IMG/VR virus record: IMGVR_UViG_3300045988_009603
Reading direction: 5' to 3' (one strand)
DNA from: a virus
Taxonomy: Duplodnaviria; Heunggongvirae; Uroviricota; Caudoviricetes
DNA length: 64,000 nucleotides
Part shown: piece by piece, positions 1 to 8,798 of the stretch
How positions within the stretch are numbered: the stretch's first letter is position 1
How the letters are laid out: each line of letters begins with the position of its first letter
Notes under the pieces: generated by a model
Databases searched by the model: none
The model's input: the letters and a program-made list of their open reading frames with translations, nothing else
What the model was told of the DNA's origin: nothing
Position numbers and translations under genes: made by a program

Positions 1-178
1 CTTTGGAGATTACCTGCACAGTTTGAAAATGAATTTTCTCTTTGGAGTTCAAAATTCTCTCTACAGATTTCTCTACAGAACTCTACCTGCACAATCCTGA
101 AATAAAAAAGCCCTCCTTACCTGAAAAATTTACCAGATAAGAAAGGCTTAGCCTATTGTGAATATTCTACAGAGTTTC

Positions 179-964
179 TTAGTTCTTTGCGTCTAAGAAG
201 GTAACTTCCGGTGAAGAGAAGACCGTCTCGATATCCTCATCAGTTCTTGCATAGATATATGTATCTGCATCACTACCAAACGTTACAGCTATCCTGTGAT
301 TGCTCTTCGACAGGTGGGTAACTAGAGCGTTACTTAGAGACATCTTCTCAACCGGAGGGTTACTTTGATGTATCTTACCTTTTCTTCGTCTGAAGAGGGT
401 AACTGCATCCTCTGTGAACGTTACTACACCTGCAAAGTATTCTGGTTCACAGTAGTTATTCCAACCTGAGCGTAACTTGTGGTACATCTCTCCTTCGTAG
501 ACATACAGATAAACATCTACACTCTTCATCACCTGATTAATGATAACTGTGACGGCTTGAGGGTCTAGCCCACCGATACCTGCACCAATCATAGGTAACC
601 CAACTTTCTTCAACTGATTAACTTCACAGTATCTGTTAAGCTGTTTCAAAGATGACTCTAAAGCACTGTATCTGGCATCTTTACCAGTCTTAAGCTGAGT
701 GTAAAGATTAGCTATACGACCTTGTTTTAAACGTGCTACAGAGAAATTACCTAGTAAATTTTCACAGGGTTTGTGACCTATACCACCTGCATACAGATAA
801 ACTTCTGTATCAGTCTCATATGCTTTTGGGTAAAGTTTAGAAATCTTGTCAGCGATACCTGCACCCATTAAGTTCATACAGTTGCAACCGTGACCAATAA
901 TATCAAACTTACCTTTATCAAATGCGTCAAAGATATCACCTTTGATGATTTTTACAATACCCAT
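179..964 (-). CDS. TARG1-like macro domain protein (ADP-ribose processing) with unassigned C-terminal extension
   Basis: N-terminal ~155 aa carry macro-domain signatures KGDIF, GHGCNCMNLMGAGIA and LPMIGAGIGGLD, collinear with TARG1/OARD1-type macro domains; C-terminal ~100 aa unassigned. Confidence 0.55.
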   Translation of the reverse strand: MGIVKIIKGDIFDAFDKGKFDIIGHGCNCMNLMGAGIADKISKLYPKAYETDTEVYLYAGGIGHKPCENLLGNFSVARLKQGRIANLYTQLKTGKDARYSALESSLKQLNRYCEVNQLKKVGLPMIGAGIGGLDPQAVTVIINQVMKSVDVYLYVYEGEMYHKLRSGWNNYCEPEYFAGVVTFTEDAVTLFRRRKGKIHQSNPPVEKMSLSNALVTHLSKSNHRIAVTFGSDADTYIYARTDEDIETVFSSPEVTFLDAKN

Positions 965-965
965 A

Positions 966-1166
966 CTAATAATGCTCCCAACGTTGCATGTCTTCGGATG
1001 GTTTTACACGGTTACCTTCATGGTCTACATAACCTGCACCACAACCTTCACAGATAACTGGCATAGCCGAGCCAGCTTCAAACTCTTCTTTGGTGAAGAG
1101 ACCTTTCAAGTCCCCTGTATCAACACCAAAATGTTCTATTGCACACTTCTTGCAGAAATCAGCCAT
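966..1166 (-). CDS. small zinc-ribbon protein
   Basis: Start taken at internal Met (MADFCKKC...); CxxC...CEGCG cysteine pairs; tracked ORF 966..1244 trimmed. Confidence 0.3.
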   Translation of the reverse strand: MADFCKKCAIEHFGVDTGDLKGLFTKEEFEAGSAMPVICEGCGAGYVDHEGNRVKPSEDMQRWEHY

Positions 1167-1386
1167 GAATAATTGCCTCTTGAATGATGATACCTTTACC
1201 ACAACGACTTTTAAAGTCTTCCAATGGTTCAGAGATAAAGCCACGTAAGCAGTCAGTGAATACTAAGTTCTTCCGGTAAGCTATCACATCATTTGCTGTA
1301 AATGGTATGACCTTATTTCGTCCAATGAACACCGCTGACCTGATAAGTTTCCGTGTCTTTTTATCTCTGGCTAGTATTACTTTCAT
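1159..1386 (-). CDS. hypothetical protein
   Basis: 75 aa ORF in minus-strand operon, slight overlap with neighbours. Confidence 0.3.
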   Translation of the reverse strand: MKVILARDKKTRKLIRSAVFIGRNKVIPFTANDVIAYRKNLVFTDCLRGFISEPLEDFKSRCGKGIIIQEAIIHG

Positions 1387-1687
1387 AGTTTACCTTCTCA
1401 GTTAGCTCGTATAAATCAACATGCTCAATACTATCAATGTTGATACCAATCTTTTTGAAGCGTTCTATCACTTCGTTGTCAGTCATCCATATCAGACACC
1501 AATGATTATGGATGGATTCTTCAAGAAGGTCAACACAATCTTTAAAAGTTTTTGTATCACTCCTTGTTCCGACTACTGCGATTGTTCCATACAACCACTT
1601 ACCATTACCATAAGATACTTGTGCTACGCCAACTTCTTTATCTTTCTCGTAGTAAACAGCTACAAAGTCTCTTCCATTAATTTGCAT
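1361..1687 (-). CDS. hypothetical protein
   Basis: 108 aa ORF, tightly packed in minus-strand operon. Confidence 0.35.
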   Translation of the reverse strand: MQINGRDFVAVYYEKDKEVGVAQVSYGNGKWLYGTIAVVGTRSDTKTFKDCVDLLEESIHNHWCLIWMTDNEVIERFKKIGINIDSIEHVDLYELTEKVNYESNTSQR

Positions 1688-1689
1688 AG

Positions 1690-1959
1690 TTACTTCCTCG
1701 TTTTAAGAACTGCTAAGATTTCTTTAGAATCTGGTAAGAACCATGTGTAGTGATTCTCTTTGATTTCTGGATGAGTGTCAACCTTTATTTTGCACTCTTT
1801 ACCAACATGCTTAAGCTGTGCTGTGACACCTTGCATAAAGATATGACACATCACATTATCCATAATGGTTGGTGAGAAATCAATTCGCATATAAGTTTCT
1901 TTTGGTCGTGGCAACAGTAAGTAACCTTCTACATAGAAAGTGTCTTGATTCTCTGTCAT
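1690..1959 (-). CDS. hypothetical protein
   Basis: 89 aa ORF, 3 nt after upstream gene. Confidence 0.35.
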   Translation of the reverse strand: MTENQDTFYVEGYLLLPRPKETYMRIDFSPTIMDNVMCHIFMQGVTAQLKHVGKECKIKVDTHPEIKENHYTWFLPDSKEILAVLKTRK

Positions 1960-2225
1960 TGCTGCTTATTCCCTAATAAAATCATGTCAATAAGGTTATT
2001 AGTTTTAATTGTACACTGGTAAAAGCCGTCACGGTAGAACTCAAGTGCTGCTGCTACATCACTACCTGTGTTGCCTTTGATGATATACTGTGACTCTTCT
2101 TGAGTGTACTTATCACCCTCACTTACTTGGGAGTTTTTGAATGTACTGTTCACTTTGTTCGTTGAACACCCTGACATAATTATCAGTAACACAAACATTA
2201 TAAAACTCTGGCTTAGTTTTTTCAT
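1956..2225 (-). CDS. o-spanin-like outer membrane lipoprotein
   Basis: Signal peptide with lipobox LLIIMSGC; gene start embedded in the 3' end of the preceding membrane-anchored ORF in another frame (overlapped spanin architecture). Confidence 0.45.
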   Translation of the reverse strand: MKKLSQSFIMFVLLIIMSGCSTNKVNSTFKNSQVSEGDKYTQEESQYIIKGNTGSDVAAALEFYRDGFYQCTIKTNNLIDMILLGNKQQ

Positions 2226-2466
2226 ATGTTAGTACCTCTTTTGTATGCTTATTCTTAGCAAGCACATCTTTCAAATCATTTTTGTAATTGGTGCTCAATG
2301 TAACTAATCCTTCCTGATAAGCATCTTTAGCAACACTTATGAGCTTTTGATTGTTTAGCTCAGTTTCAGCAACTTGGTAGTCTCTGTAAGAGTACCCTCC
2401 CCAGACACCCGCCCCAACTAAGAAAACAATTATGAAAGTAGCTTGACAGAACTCTTTAAATGTCAT
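2119..2466 (-). CDS. i-spanin-like inner membrane protein
   Basis: N-terminal TM helix (FIIVFLVGAGVWGG) followed by charged, probably helical periplasmic segment; overlaps the lipoprotein ORF; AGGAG RBS. Confidence 0.45.
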   Translation of the reverse strand: MTFKEFCQATFIIVFLVGAGVWGGYSYRDYQVAETELNNQKLISVAKDAYQEGLVTLSTNYKNDLKDVLAKNKHTKEVLTYEKTKPEFYNVCVTDNYVRVFNEQSEQYIQKLPSK

Positions 2467-2483
2467 TTAACAATCTCCTGAAA

Positions 2484-2506
2484 TGAAAAAGGCTCCCGAA
2501 GGAGCC
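2484..2506 (-). terminator. intrinsic terminator (GGCTCC-CGAA-GGAGCC hairpin plus U-run on minus strand)
   Basis: Perfect 6 bp stem with tetraloop followed by A-run on plus strand. Confidence 0.5.
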
Positions 2507-2518
2507 TGTATCTTAACC

Positions 2519-2983
2519 TTAACTGAGGACTTTAGCAAGGACATTTGCAGCCATCGAAGAAGCTTTTGCAGCAGCAGCTACCCCAGCTTTGACAGTGCTA
2601 TCCTTAATAGCAGATACCGTTGCAGCATCAGTAAAGAGATAAGTAGTTGTTTTATAACCACTTGTAAAGGAAAGCATAAGAGCAGTTTCCAGATTGAAAG
2701 AGCGATACGGAGCACCTTCTTTAACGATACCTTCAGCACCTAACTCTGAAGCCATACCCATATCATAGATAGTCATCAGGTTTTCTTTGTGTGCAGTCGT
2801 TGAACCAGCACCTTTGACGTGTTTCTTAACATTCAGAAGAGCACGGTATTCTCGGATGTTACCGTCTGCTTTTACATTGACAGCACGGAAGATTTTACCC
2901 TCAAAGTTGCTTTTGATAATGTTACGAACTACTTCAGATTTGTTTGCCGTAACGTCCAGTGCTACCGTAATGATATTGTTCAT
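2519..2983 (-). CDS. hypothetical protein
   Basis: ORF 2519..2998 in track; start probably at second Met (MNNIITVALDV). Confidence 0.35.
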   Translation of the reverse strand: MNNIITVALDVTANKSEVVRNIIKSNFEGKIFRAVNVKADGNIREYRALLNVKKHVKGAGSTTAHKENLMTIYDMGMASELGAEGIVKEGAPYRSFNLETALMLSFTSGYKTTTYLFTDAATVSAIKDSTVKAGVAAAAKASSMAANVLAKVLS

Positions 2984-2994
2984 AAGTTTTTCTC

Positions 2995-3690
2995 TCAATG
3001 TTTAACTAACATGGTTTTAATGTGTGGAAGGATTCTGTTTACCTTCTGAACATTCTTCTCTGTATCTTCTATAAAGCATACTATATTAAAGTAAGGAAGA
3101 ATGCAAGACTGAATCATCCTAACTTTTAAACTTTCTGCACTTATAGAGTTAGTTCCAAAACCACGCATGAAAAGCATGTAATCATGCTCTATGTTATGCC
3201 TTAAAAACATCTCAGTAGGTATTCTCTGAGATTCACCTCTTGCTGTCAAGAGTCCAATGGCAGCATGATTAGCAATTGCATCAATAATACTAAAAACATA
3301 CGTTGGTTTTGCTCTTACAGAGTCAAGAAGATTAGTGTACTGTGAGAATGACCCATCAGTCAATTCCGTTGAGCAATCTTCGTGATTAAAATTTGTAAGA
3401 ACACCATCAATATCTGCTAAGATGAGGTTACCTTTTTCTACAAGGTCTTTATTGACTATGACTAAACTGTCACGTCTTACACCTACAGTTTGTCCAGTCT
3501 CTTTGTCCACAACGTTCACAATTGGTTGTGATGTGTGGAACTCTTCAAGTGAACATACAACTTCTCTTGCAGTGTCTTCAAAATCCCTGCACTGTTCTGG
3601 AGTCCATATACAGGAATCAAGACCTAACTCATGAGGATGCAAGTCGTAAGCATGACACAGTACTTCATCAGACTTTCTTAATTTTTTCAT
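2995..3690 (-). CDS. HAD-superfamily phosphatase-like protein (possible nucleotidase)
   Basis: Motif LILADIDGVLTNF (DxDG HAD motif I) and downstream GLLTARGE; N-terminal ~90 aa unassigned. Confidence 0.4.
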   Translation of the reverse strand: MKKLRKSDEVLCHAYDLHPHELGLDSCIWTPEQCRDFEDTAREVVCSLEEFHTSQPIVNVVDKETGQTVGVRRDSLVIVNKDLVEKGNLILADIDGVLTNFNHEDCSTELTDGSFSQYTNLLDSVRAKPTYVFSIIDAIANHAAIGLLTARGESQRIPTEMFLRHNIEHDYMLFMRGFGTNSISAESLKVRMIQSCILPYFNIVCFIEDTEKNVQKVNRILPHIKTMLVKH

Positions 3691-4216
3691 GATTTACCTT
3701 AGAAATGTTTGTTGCAAATTCACATTGAGCAATGACTTTCATATTGTTATAGACATCTTGAGAGTATTTCTTAGCTTTAGGGATTTTGTACGAATACCCA
3801 GCATTATATGATGCTAAAACTTTTTGTAAAGTCTTCTTTGACTTTGGTTGACCGTGTACCTTAGTCCAAAATTCAAGCTCTTTGTGTGTTTCCTTTGCAG
3901 CATAGTCAAAATCTTTTAAGAGTTTCTTTTTAGCCACATTAGGACTAATTTTGTTACGCTTTACAACAGTCTTCAAGTGATTCTGGAAAATACCATAGTC
4001 ATGGGTCTTTTTATTCTCTACCTTCAGACCTAACTCTGACTCTTGTAAGGCTATAGCAGCTAGAGTAATACCCCAACCTTTACCCATATTATTCTCACCA
4101 TACTGGTAAGCTTTTAACATGTTTACTTTTTGGCTAATTGATAGCTCTGGGCAGTCAACTGCATAAGATAAGTGTGCTGTAAACATTAAGCACAAACCTA
4201 GAATCAACTTCTTCAT
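3668..4216 (-). CDS. lytic transglycosylase (SLT domain) with N-terminal signal sequence; candidate endolysin
   Basis: Hydrophobic N-terminus MKKLILGLCLMFTAHLSYA; SLT motifs QESELG (catalytic Glu-Ser), GIFQ and YNAGYSY. Confidence 0.55.
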   Translation of the reverse strand: MKKLILGLCLMFTAHLSYAVDCPELSISQKVNMLKAYQYGENNMGKGWGITLAAIALQESELGLKVENKKTHDYGIFQNHLKTVVKRNKISPNVAKKKLLKDFDYAAKETHKELEFWTKVHGQPKSKKTLQKVLASYNAGYSYKIPKAKKYSQDVYNNMKVIAQCEFATNISKVNHEKIKKV

Positions 4217-4278
4217 TGGTTCTCCTGTTTAGTTTATCGTGACAACAATTATACAGCACTCTACACAAAATACAAATA

Positions 4279-4304
4279 AAAAAAGGCCGCCGAAGCAGCC
4301 TTTT
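4279..4304. terminator. bidirectional hairpin terminator
   Basis: GGCCGC-CGAA-GCAGCC stem-loop flanked by A-run and T-run, between lytic enzyme gene and rIIB-like gene. Confidence 0.4.
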
Positions 4305-4317
4305 AAGAAATTACTTA

Positions 4318-5427
4318 TTAGATTTCACGTTTACGTTGAGAAATGAGTTCACCAGCAGTACCAACGATGACATGCAAAGCTTCAGTCTTACCATCCCACG
4401 CTTTCAGCACTTTACGCTGATTATCAACGATTGCTGCAACTTCATAACGGGATGAACGCATCTTCATATCGTTGTAATCAGTTGGAACAGATACAACATC
4501 TCGTGGATGGACACGAACCTTCAGGATTGTATCACCTGAGAAGCAACGAACATAATCCCAAGCACCAACATGAAGACCCTGAGAGCAAGTTACGTTACGG
4601 TTGTTATCAACCATCCAACGTGGCATTTCTACAATATTACCTAAATCATTAGGTACTTTATAGGTGTGGGAGTCAACCAACTTGCCTTCACGAGTAGAGA
4701 CTTTCTTCCAACCAATGATGTAACCTTCTTCATCAATTTCAACATCAAGGTGAGATACGAATCCCCAAAGTTGTTCTACAGAATCTTTAGATGGGTTTTC
4801 CATCAGTTTTTCGAAGAACATTACAAGTCGTTCAAAACCTTTATCACCAGTCTTCATCATGTGAAGAATACGGTCAACCAGAGTAGAACGCATCTCAACA
4901 GCACCGTAGAATAACTTGTCACCTTTGATTGTGATAGCACCCTGAGTGAAGTTTTCGATAGACTTACGAATGTTCATCAGTTCAAAAGCTTTCTTGTACT
5001 CACCACCTACAACAGCCATTACGATTTCTTTGTAGTTTGGATGGGTAGACTCAACGATTTCAGAATCTGCACCGAAAGTCATGATAACAGAATCGCCAGT
5101 AATCATATACTCAATCTGGTTACCATTCTGCATAGCTTCGTGTAGTTTATTTACTGGAGCTTCCTGTACAGCCTCTTTAACAACCTTTTCAACTGGTTTT
5201 CCAGCTTTCTTTTTAACTGATTTAGCAACTTGCTTCAAAGTCTTCGTAGCTGGTTTAGAAGCTACCTTTTTCTTACCTTTTAAGGTTGCTTCATGACGCT
5301 CTACAGCACGACCAACTGAACGGGTTGAAGTATTGAACTTCTGTGCAATAGCTGTTTTAGTCAGCTTACCTTCTTTCACCAGTTCGTAAATTTCTGCGTC
5401 AATCTGTGCTTTAGTTTTAATAGTCAT
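4318..5427 (-). CDS. rIIB: rIIB-like protein
   Basis: Call rests on position immediately downstream of the rIIA-like gene and similar size; no diagnostic motif recognised. Confidence 0.4.
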   Translation of the reverse strand: MTIKTKAQIDAEIYELVKEGKLTKTAIAQKFNTSTRSVGRAVERHEATLKGKKKVASKPATKTLKQVAKSVKKKAGKPVEKVVKEAVQEAPVNKLHEAMQNGNQIEYMITGDSVIMTFGADSEIVESTHPNYKEIVMAVVGGEYKKAFELMNIRKSIENFTQGAITIKGDKLFYGAVEMRSTLVDRILHMMKTGDKGFERLVMFFEKLMENPSKDSVEQLWGFVSHLDVEIDEEGYIIGWKKVSTREGKLVDSHTYKVPNDLGNIVEMPRWMVDNNRNVTCSQGLHVGAWDYVRCFSGDTILKVRVHPRDVVSVPTDYNDMKMRSSRYEVAAIVDNQRKVLKAWDGKTEALHVIVGTAGELISQRKREI

Positions 5428-5506
5428 CTTATTACTCTCTCTTGTTAGTTAATAAATCATTTTGTAAGGCTATTCTAAGGGGCTTCAAAGCCCCTTGTCA
5501 AACACT

Positions 5507-7873
5507 TTAATCGTAAATTGTAGTCCCTTCTGGAACACACTTCACATCAAAGCCTAAGAATTTACTCACTTCAATGGGTGACACTTTATTCCAATCTAAA
5601 TGAGAAAGCAAGAAGTTTTCTTGTTTTCTTTTTGAAAGATAGTTTGTCACCTTAATAATCATACGGTCACCAGCTTTCTTAATTTTCTTGTATAGCTTTG
5701 TATCGTTGTCAAGGCATTCTTTCAAAGTTTGCAACCGACTAATAGTGTAGGTGTATGCAAACGGTGCAGCAACGTATTGGATTTTACCAAACATTGCCTC
5801 AACAGCATCTTCATTACCTTCTAAGAAGATAGTTTTGTTTGTGTCTCGTGAATAGCAATAGCCACGAGAAATCTTCTTGTTATTGAACGTAAAGTTTCTG
5901 GCAATAATCCAACTGCTTGTAAGGTCTAGAACACCATTCATATAGATACGTGTCATATACCTGTTATGATTAATCCAGTGAACATCAGTTAAGCTGTCGT
6001 TCAAGAGTTTCTCATCTACTTCAATCCAGTCTTCTGGTATCTTTTTCCAATTTGCTTTTCGGAAAACATAGACTGTCTTTTCAATGACATTGGCAACTGA
6101 CTTAGCTACATCTTCTGGAGACGAGCAAAAACATTCACCATCAACAGTATCACCTACTGCCTTGATATAAAGTTGAGGCTCTTCAATTGTGTCTAAGTCT
6201 TCTGACACCTCTTTATAGGAAGCTACACCTTCTGCTGGAACAGCTTTCCAGAGTTTTACAACACCTCTTACAGCTTCTTTACGCTGATAATGATGTTCCT
6301 TATCAGACATCTTCACAATCTTTAACAAGCTTTTATCAAGTTTGTGCAGATTGATTAGGTCGTCTAACTCTTTTTCAGTCGAGAATACAAAGACAATACC
6401 ATTATATCTGTGAAACAGACTTGACTCACTGGCATAGTCTCGACATGCACCACGCAAGATTTGGTTGCGTCCTACAGTCTTCTCAGTACCATTTTTATTG
6501 CGACGGTCATTGATAACAAACAAAAACTGTTCAATTTGGCTTTTGCGCATTGCGCCAAAGATATTGAACATACTTGCCTCTTGAGTGTAGGAAAGTGCTG
6601 TTGCACGAATCTTACTTTCTAAAGAGTTGAACTTAACATAAGCAACTGGATTATAAAGATAATCTACTTTAGGGATGTTGTTTCCGTTCCTATCAACCTT
6701 AATATTACCTTTACCATCACGTTCATAAATAACTGAGCCGTCTTCTGCGTAGATAATTCCACGACGAATGTTTAGTAATTCTTCTTCCAGAGAATCAAGC
6801 TTAACACCACCCCACTCTAGCTTTGGACACACAGCATTAAACATCTCTCGTGAGTTCAAACGTAACTCAGCATAAGCCTGTGCAGCATCCATGAGTGTAG
6901 GTTGGCTATTAACTTTCTTGATAACATCCTTTGTAATGGCTTCAGTTATCTTTTTAGTAGCCTCAATGATAACATTTTTTGTCGTGTCATTCATCTGTAA
7001 TGCTTCACGAGAAGCTGCGATAGCAACTGAACCAATAGGCATATAGATGTTTACAAGGTCTACGCTCCTACGGAAAAATTCTGGCAAGACTTTGAAGAAA
7101 TCATCACCAAGTAATGCTTCCATGTTAACAGGGTATGCAATGTTACCCATCACCACATTAAACTCTGTCCTGTTACCACTAGAACGCCAACTTTGCTTAT
7201 GAATCATAGCATCATAAACACCTTCTTCACGGGCAATGACGTTCATATCTGCTAATACATCGTCATACTCGATATTGCTTTCTGGTTTTACAGCAAAGTA
7301 TGAGTATACGTGACCAGCTTCTTCAAAGAATTTTGAGATACGATGGTCAGCAACTGCTACACGTACAGCTAAACCATTAGGTTCTTTTGTTGGATTGGTG
7401 GTCAGCTTAGTTACTTGAGGGATACCATTCTCAAGATAAACAGAGTACTTATTAACAACACCATCAACATAACTGGACACTGTGAATGACTGAGCAATTG
7501 CAAATGGGGATTTTGAGCCGATACCCATTGCACCAATGTAGTCATTAGAGTCATTCTTCGTAGAAGCCCCGTAGTTTAGATACAAACTCATAACTTTATC
7601 ATGAGTCAATCCAGTTCCAAAATCACGAACTTCAAAGTAAGGCTCAAAACGAGTAGGTAAATGCACATGGAACGGGATGTTCTCTTTTCCAGCTTCTTTC
7701 TGAGCATCCACTGCGTTACATGACAGTTCACGAATAACTGCCCTTTCTTTAAAGGTGTATACACCAGAACTCAAAAGGCTGAACATTTCGGGTGTCATTG
7801 TAATCTGTGCTTGAGACGTCTCTAAAGAAGTTGAACTCTTAATCACTTCTGCGTGGTCATTTACCATGCGCAT
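5507..7873 (-). CDS. rIIA: rIIA-like protein (HATPase_c-type ATPase domain)
   Basis: N-terminal GHKL-type motifs (ELSCNAVDA, DFGTGL, GAMGIGSKS); 788 aa. Confidence 0.6.
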   Translation of the reverse strand: MRMVNDHAEVIKSSTSLETSQAQITMTPEMFSLLSSGVYTFKERAVIRELSCNAVDAQKEAGKENIPFHVHLPTRFEPYFEVRDFGTGLTHDKVMSLYLNYGASTKNDSNDYIGAMGIGSKSPFAIAQSFTVSSYVDGVVNKYSVYLENGIPQVTKLTTNPTKEPNGLAVRVAVADHRISKFFEEAGHVYSYFAVKPESNIEYDDVLADMNVIAREEGVYDAMIHKQSWRSSGNRTEFNVVMGNIAYPVNMEALLGDDFFKVLPEFFRRSVDLVNIYMPIGSVAIAASREALQMNDTTKNVIIEATKKITEAITKDVIKKVNSQPTLMDAAQAYAELRLNSREMFNAVCPKLEWGGVKLDSLEEELLNIRRGIIYAEDGSVIYERDGKGNIKVDRNGNNIPKVDYLYNPVAYVKFNSLESKIRATALSYTQEASMFNIFGAMRKSQIEQFLFVINDRRNKNGTEKTVGRNQILRGACRDYASESSLFHRYNGIVFVFSTEKELDDLINLHKLDKSLLKIVKMSDKEHHYQRKEAVRGVVKLWKAVPAEGVASYKEVSEDLDTIEEPQLYIKAVGDTVDGECFCSSPEDVAKSVANVIEKTVYVFRKANWKKIPEDWIEVDEKLLNDSLTDVHWINHNRYMTRIYMNGVLDLTSSWIIARNFTFNNKKISRGYCYSRDTNKTIFLEGNEDAVEAMFGKIQYVAAPFAYTYTISRLQTLKECLDNDTKLYKKIKKAGDRMIIKVTNYLSKRKQENFLLSHLDWNKVSPIEVSKFLGFDVKCVPEGTTIYD

Positions 7874-7901
7874 AATACTTTCCTCTTAGTTTACTGTTAA
7901 A

Positions 7902-8078
7902 TTACTTATTAAACATTTTACCAGAACCACCACATATAGGGCAACAGCCTGTTCTTGTATAACCTTCCCCATTACAGAAGTCACATTTTTTGTGCTCTGC
8001 GTAGTACTTGCAAAGAAGGTAAACAAACACTGCTACACTACCAAGTGACAGTAAAATTTCTATCCAATATGCTTGCAT
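7902..8078 (-). CDS. small membrane protein with DnaJ-type CxxCxGxG zinc finger
   Basis: 58 aa ORF absent from the >=60 aa track; GAGGTGA RBS 5 nt upstream of ATG; N-terminal TM helix then CDFCNGEG and CPICGGSG; 19 nt overlap with upstream gene. Confidence 0.35.
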   Translation of the reverse strand: MQAYWIEILLSLGSVAVFVYLLCKYYAEHKKCDFCNGEGYTRTGCCPICGGSGKMFNK

Positions 8079-8407
8079 GACTCACCTCTCATATTTTTGT
8101 AAAGGATAAAGCTTCTGTCATGGACGATACTTGTAGATACTGCAAAGTTACTTTCAAGCATCTGTTTGTTTGGATTGTAGAAGTTTTCTTTAAACTCGTC
8201 AAGTGCAAATTGGTGATTGTCTGGAAGACCTTTTACACAGACCTTTATTGTAATTGCTGCTGCAACCTTGCCAGTCAGTTCTTCTTTAGCTGCTACTAAG
8301 ATTTTGTTGAGGAACTTATGACCATTTTCAGGCTTCTTGATATTCTCCCAGCGTTCTTCTAAGACAATATTGATGTTCATTTCTTTGATTTTCATAATTT
8401 TCACCAA
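8060..8407 (-). CDS. hypothetical protein
   Basis: 115 aa ORF. Confidence 0.35.
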   Translation of the reverse strand: MVKIMKIKEMNINIVLEERWENIKKPENGHKFLNKILVAAKEELTGKVAAAITIKVCVKGLPDNHQFALDEFKENFYNPNKQMLESNFAVSTSIVHDRSFILYKNMRGESCKHIG

Positions 8408-8745
8408 GTCCAGTTAACGAGTATACCATCAAAACCTTTTGCTAAGGGTACACCCTCATGCTCATAAAATTCAGGATTAACTTCGAATCCACGATTTTCA
8501 ATATAATCTATCATATATTTCATTACAAAGCTAATCTCTTCGTGGTCATCTGGGTCTCTGCCAAAGAACTGTTCTATGACAAACATACCTTCTTTTGTAG
8601 CAAATTGGCAGTGGTGATTGTGGATACCTTCACAAAACTTTTCAAACTTTTCTTTACCGAGAACTTCAAGGATGTCTGTATAGGCAACTTGTAAGTATTT
8701 CGGTTGTACAGGTTTCTTGTTAAACCATATGGAAAGGTTGTCCAT
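8401..8745 (-). CDS. hypothetical protein
   Basis: 114 aa ORF. Confidence 0.35.
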   Translation of the reverse strand: MDNLSIWFNKKPVQPKYLQVAYTDILEVLGKEKFEKFCEGIHNHHCQFATKEGMFVIEQFFGRDPDDHEEISFVMKYMIDYIENRGFEVNPEFYEHEGVPLAKGFDGILVNWTW

Positions 8746-8762
8746 AGCATTCTCCAGAAATT

Positions 8763-8783
8763 AAAAAGGCTCCCGTAGGAGCC
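8763..8783 (-). terminator. intrinsic terminator (GGCTCC-CGTA-GGAGCC)
   Basis: Hairpin plus A-run on plus strand, immediately downstream of the nadV-like gene. Confidence 0.5.
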
Positions 8784-8798
8784 TCTTATCATATACTT

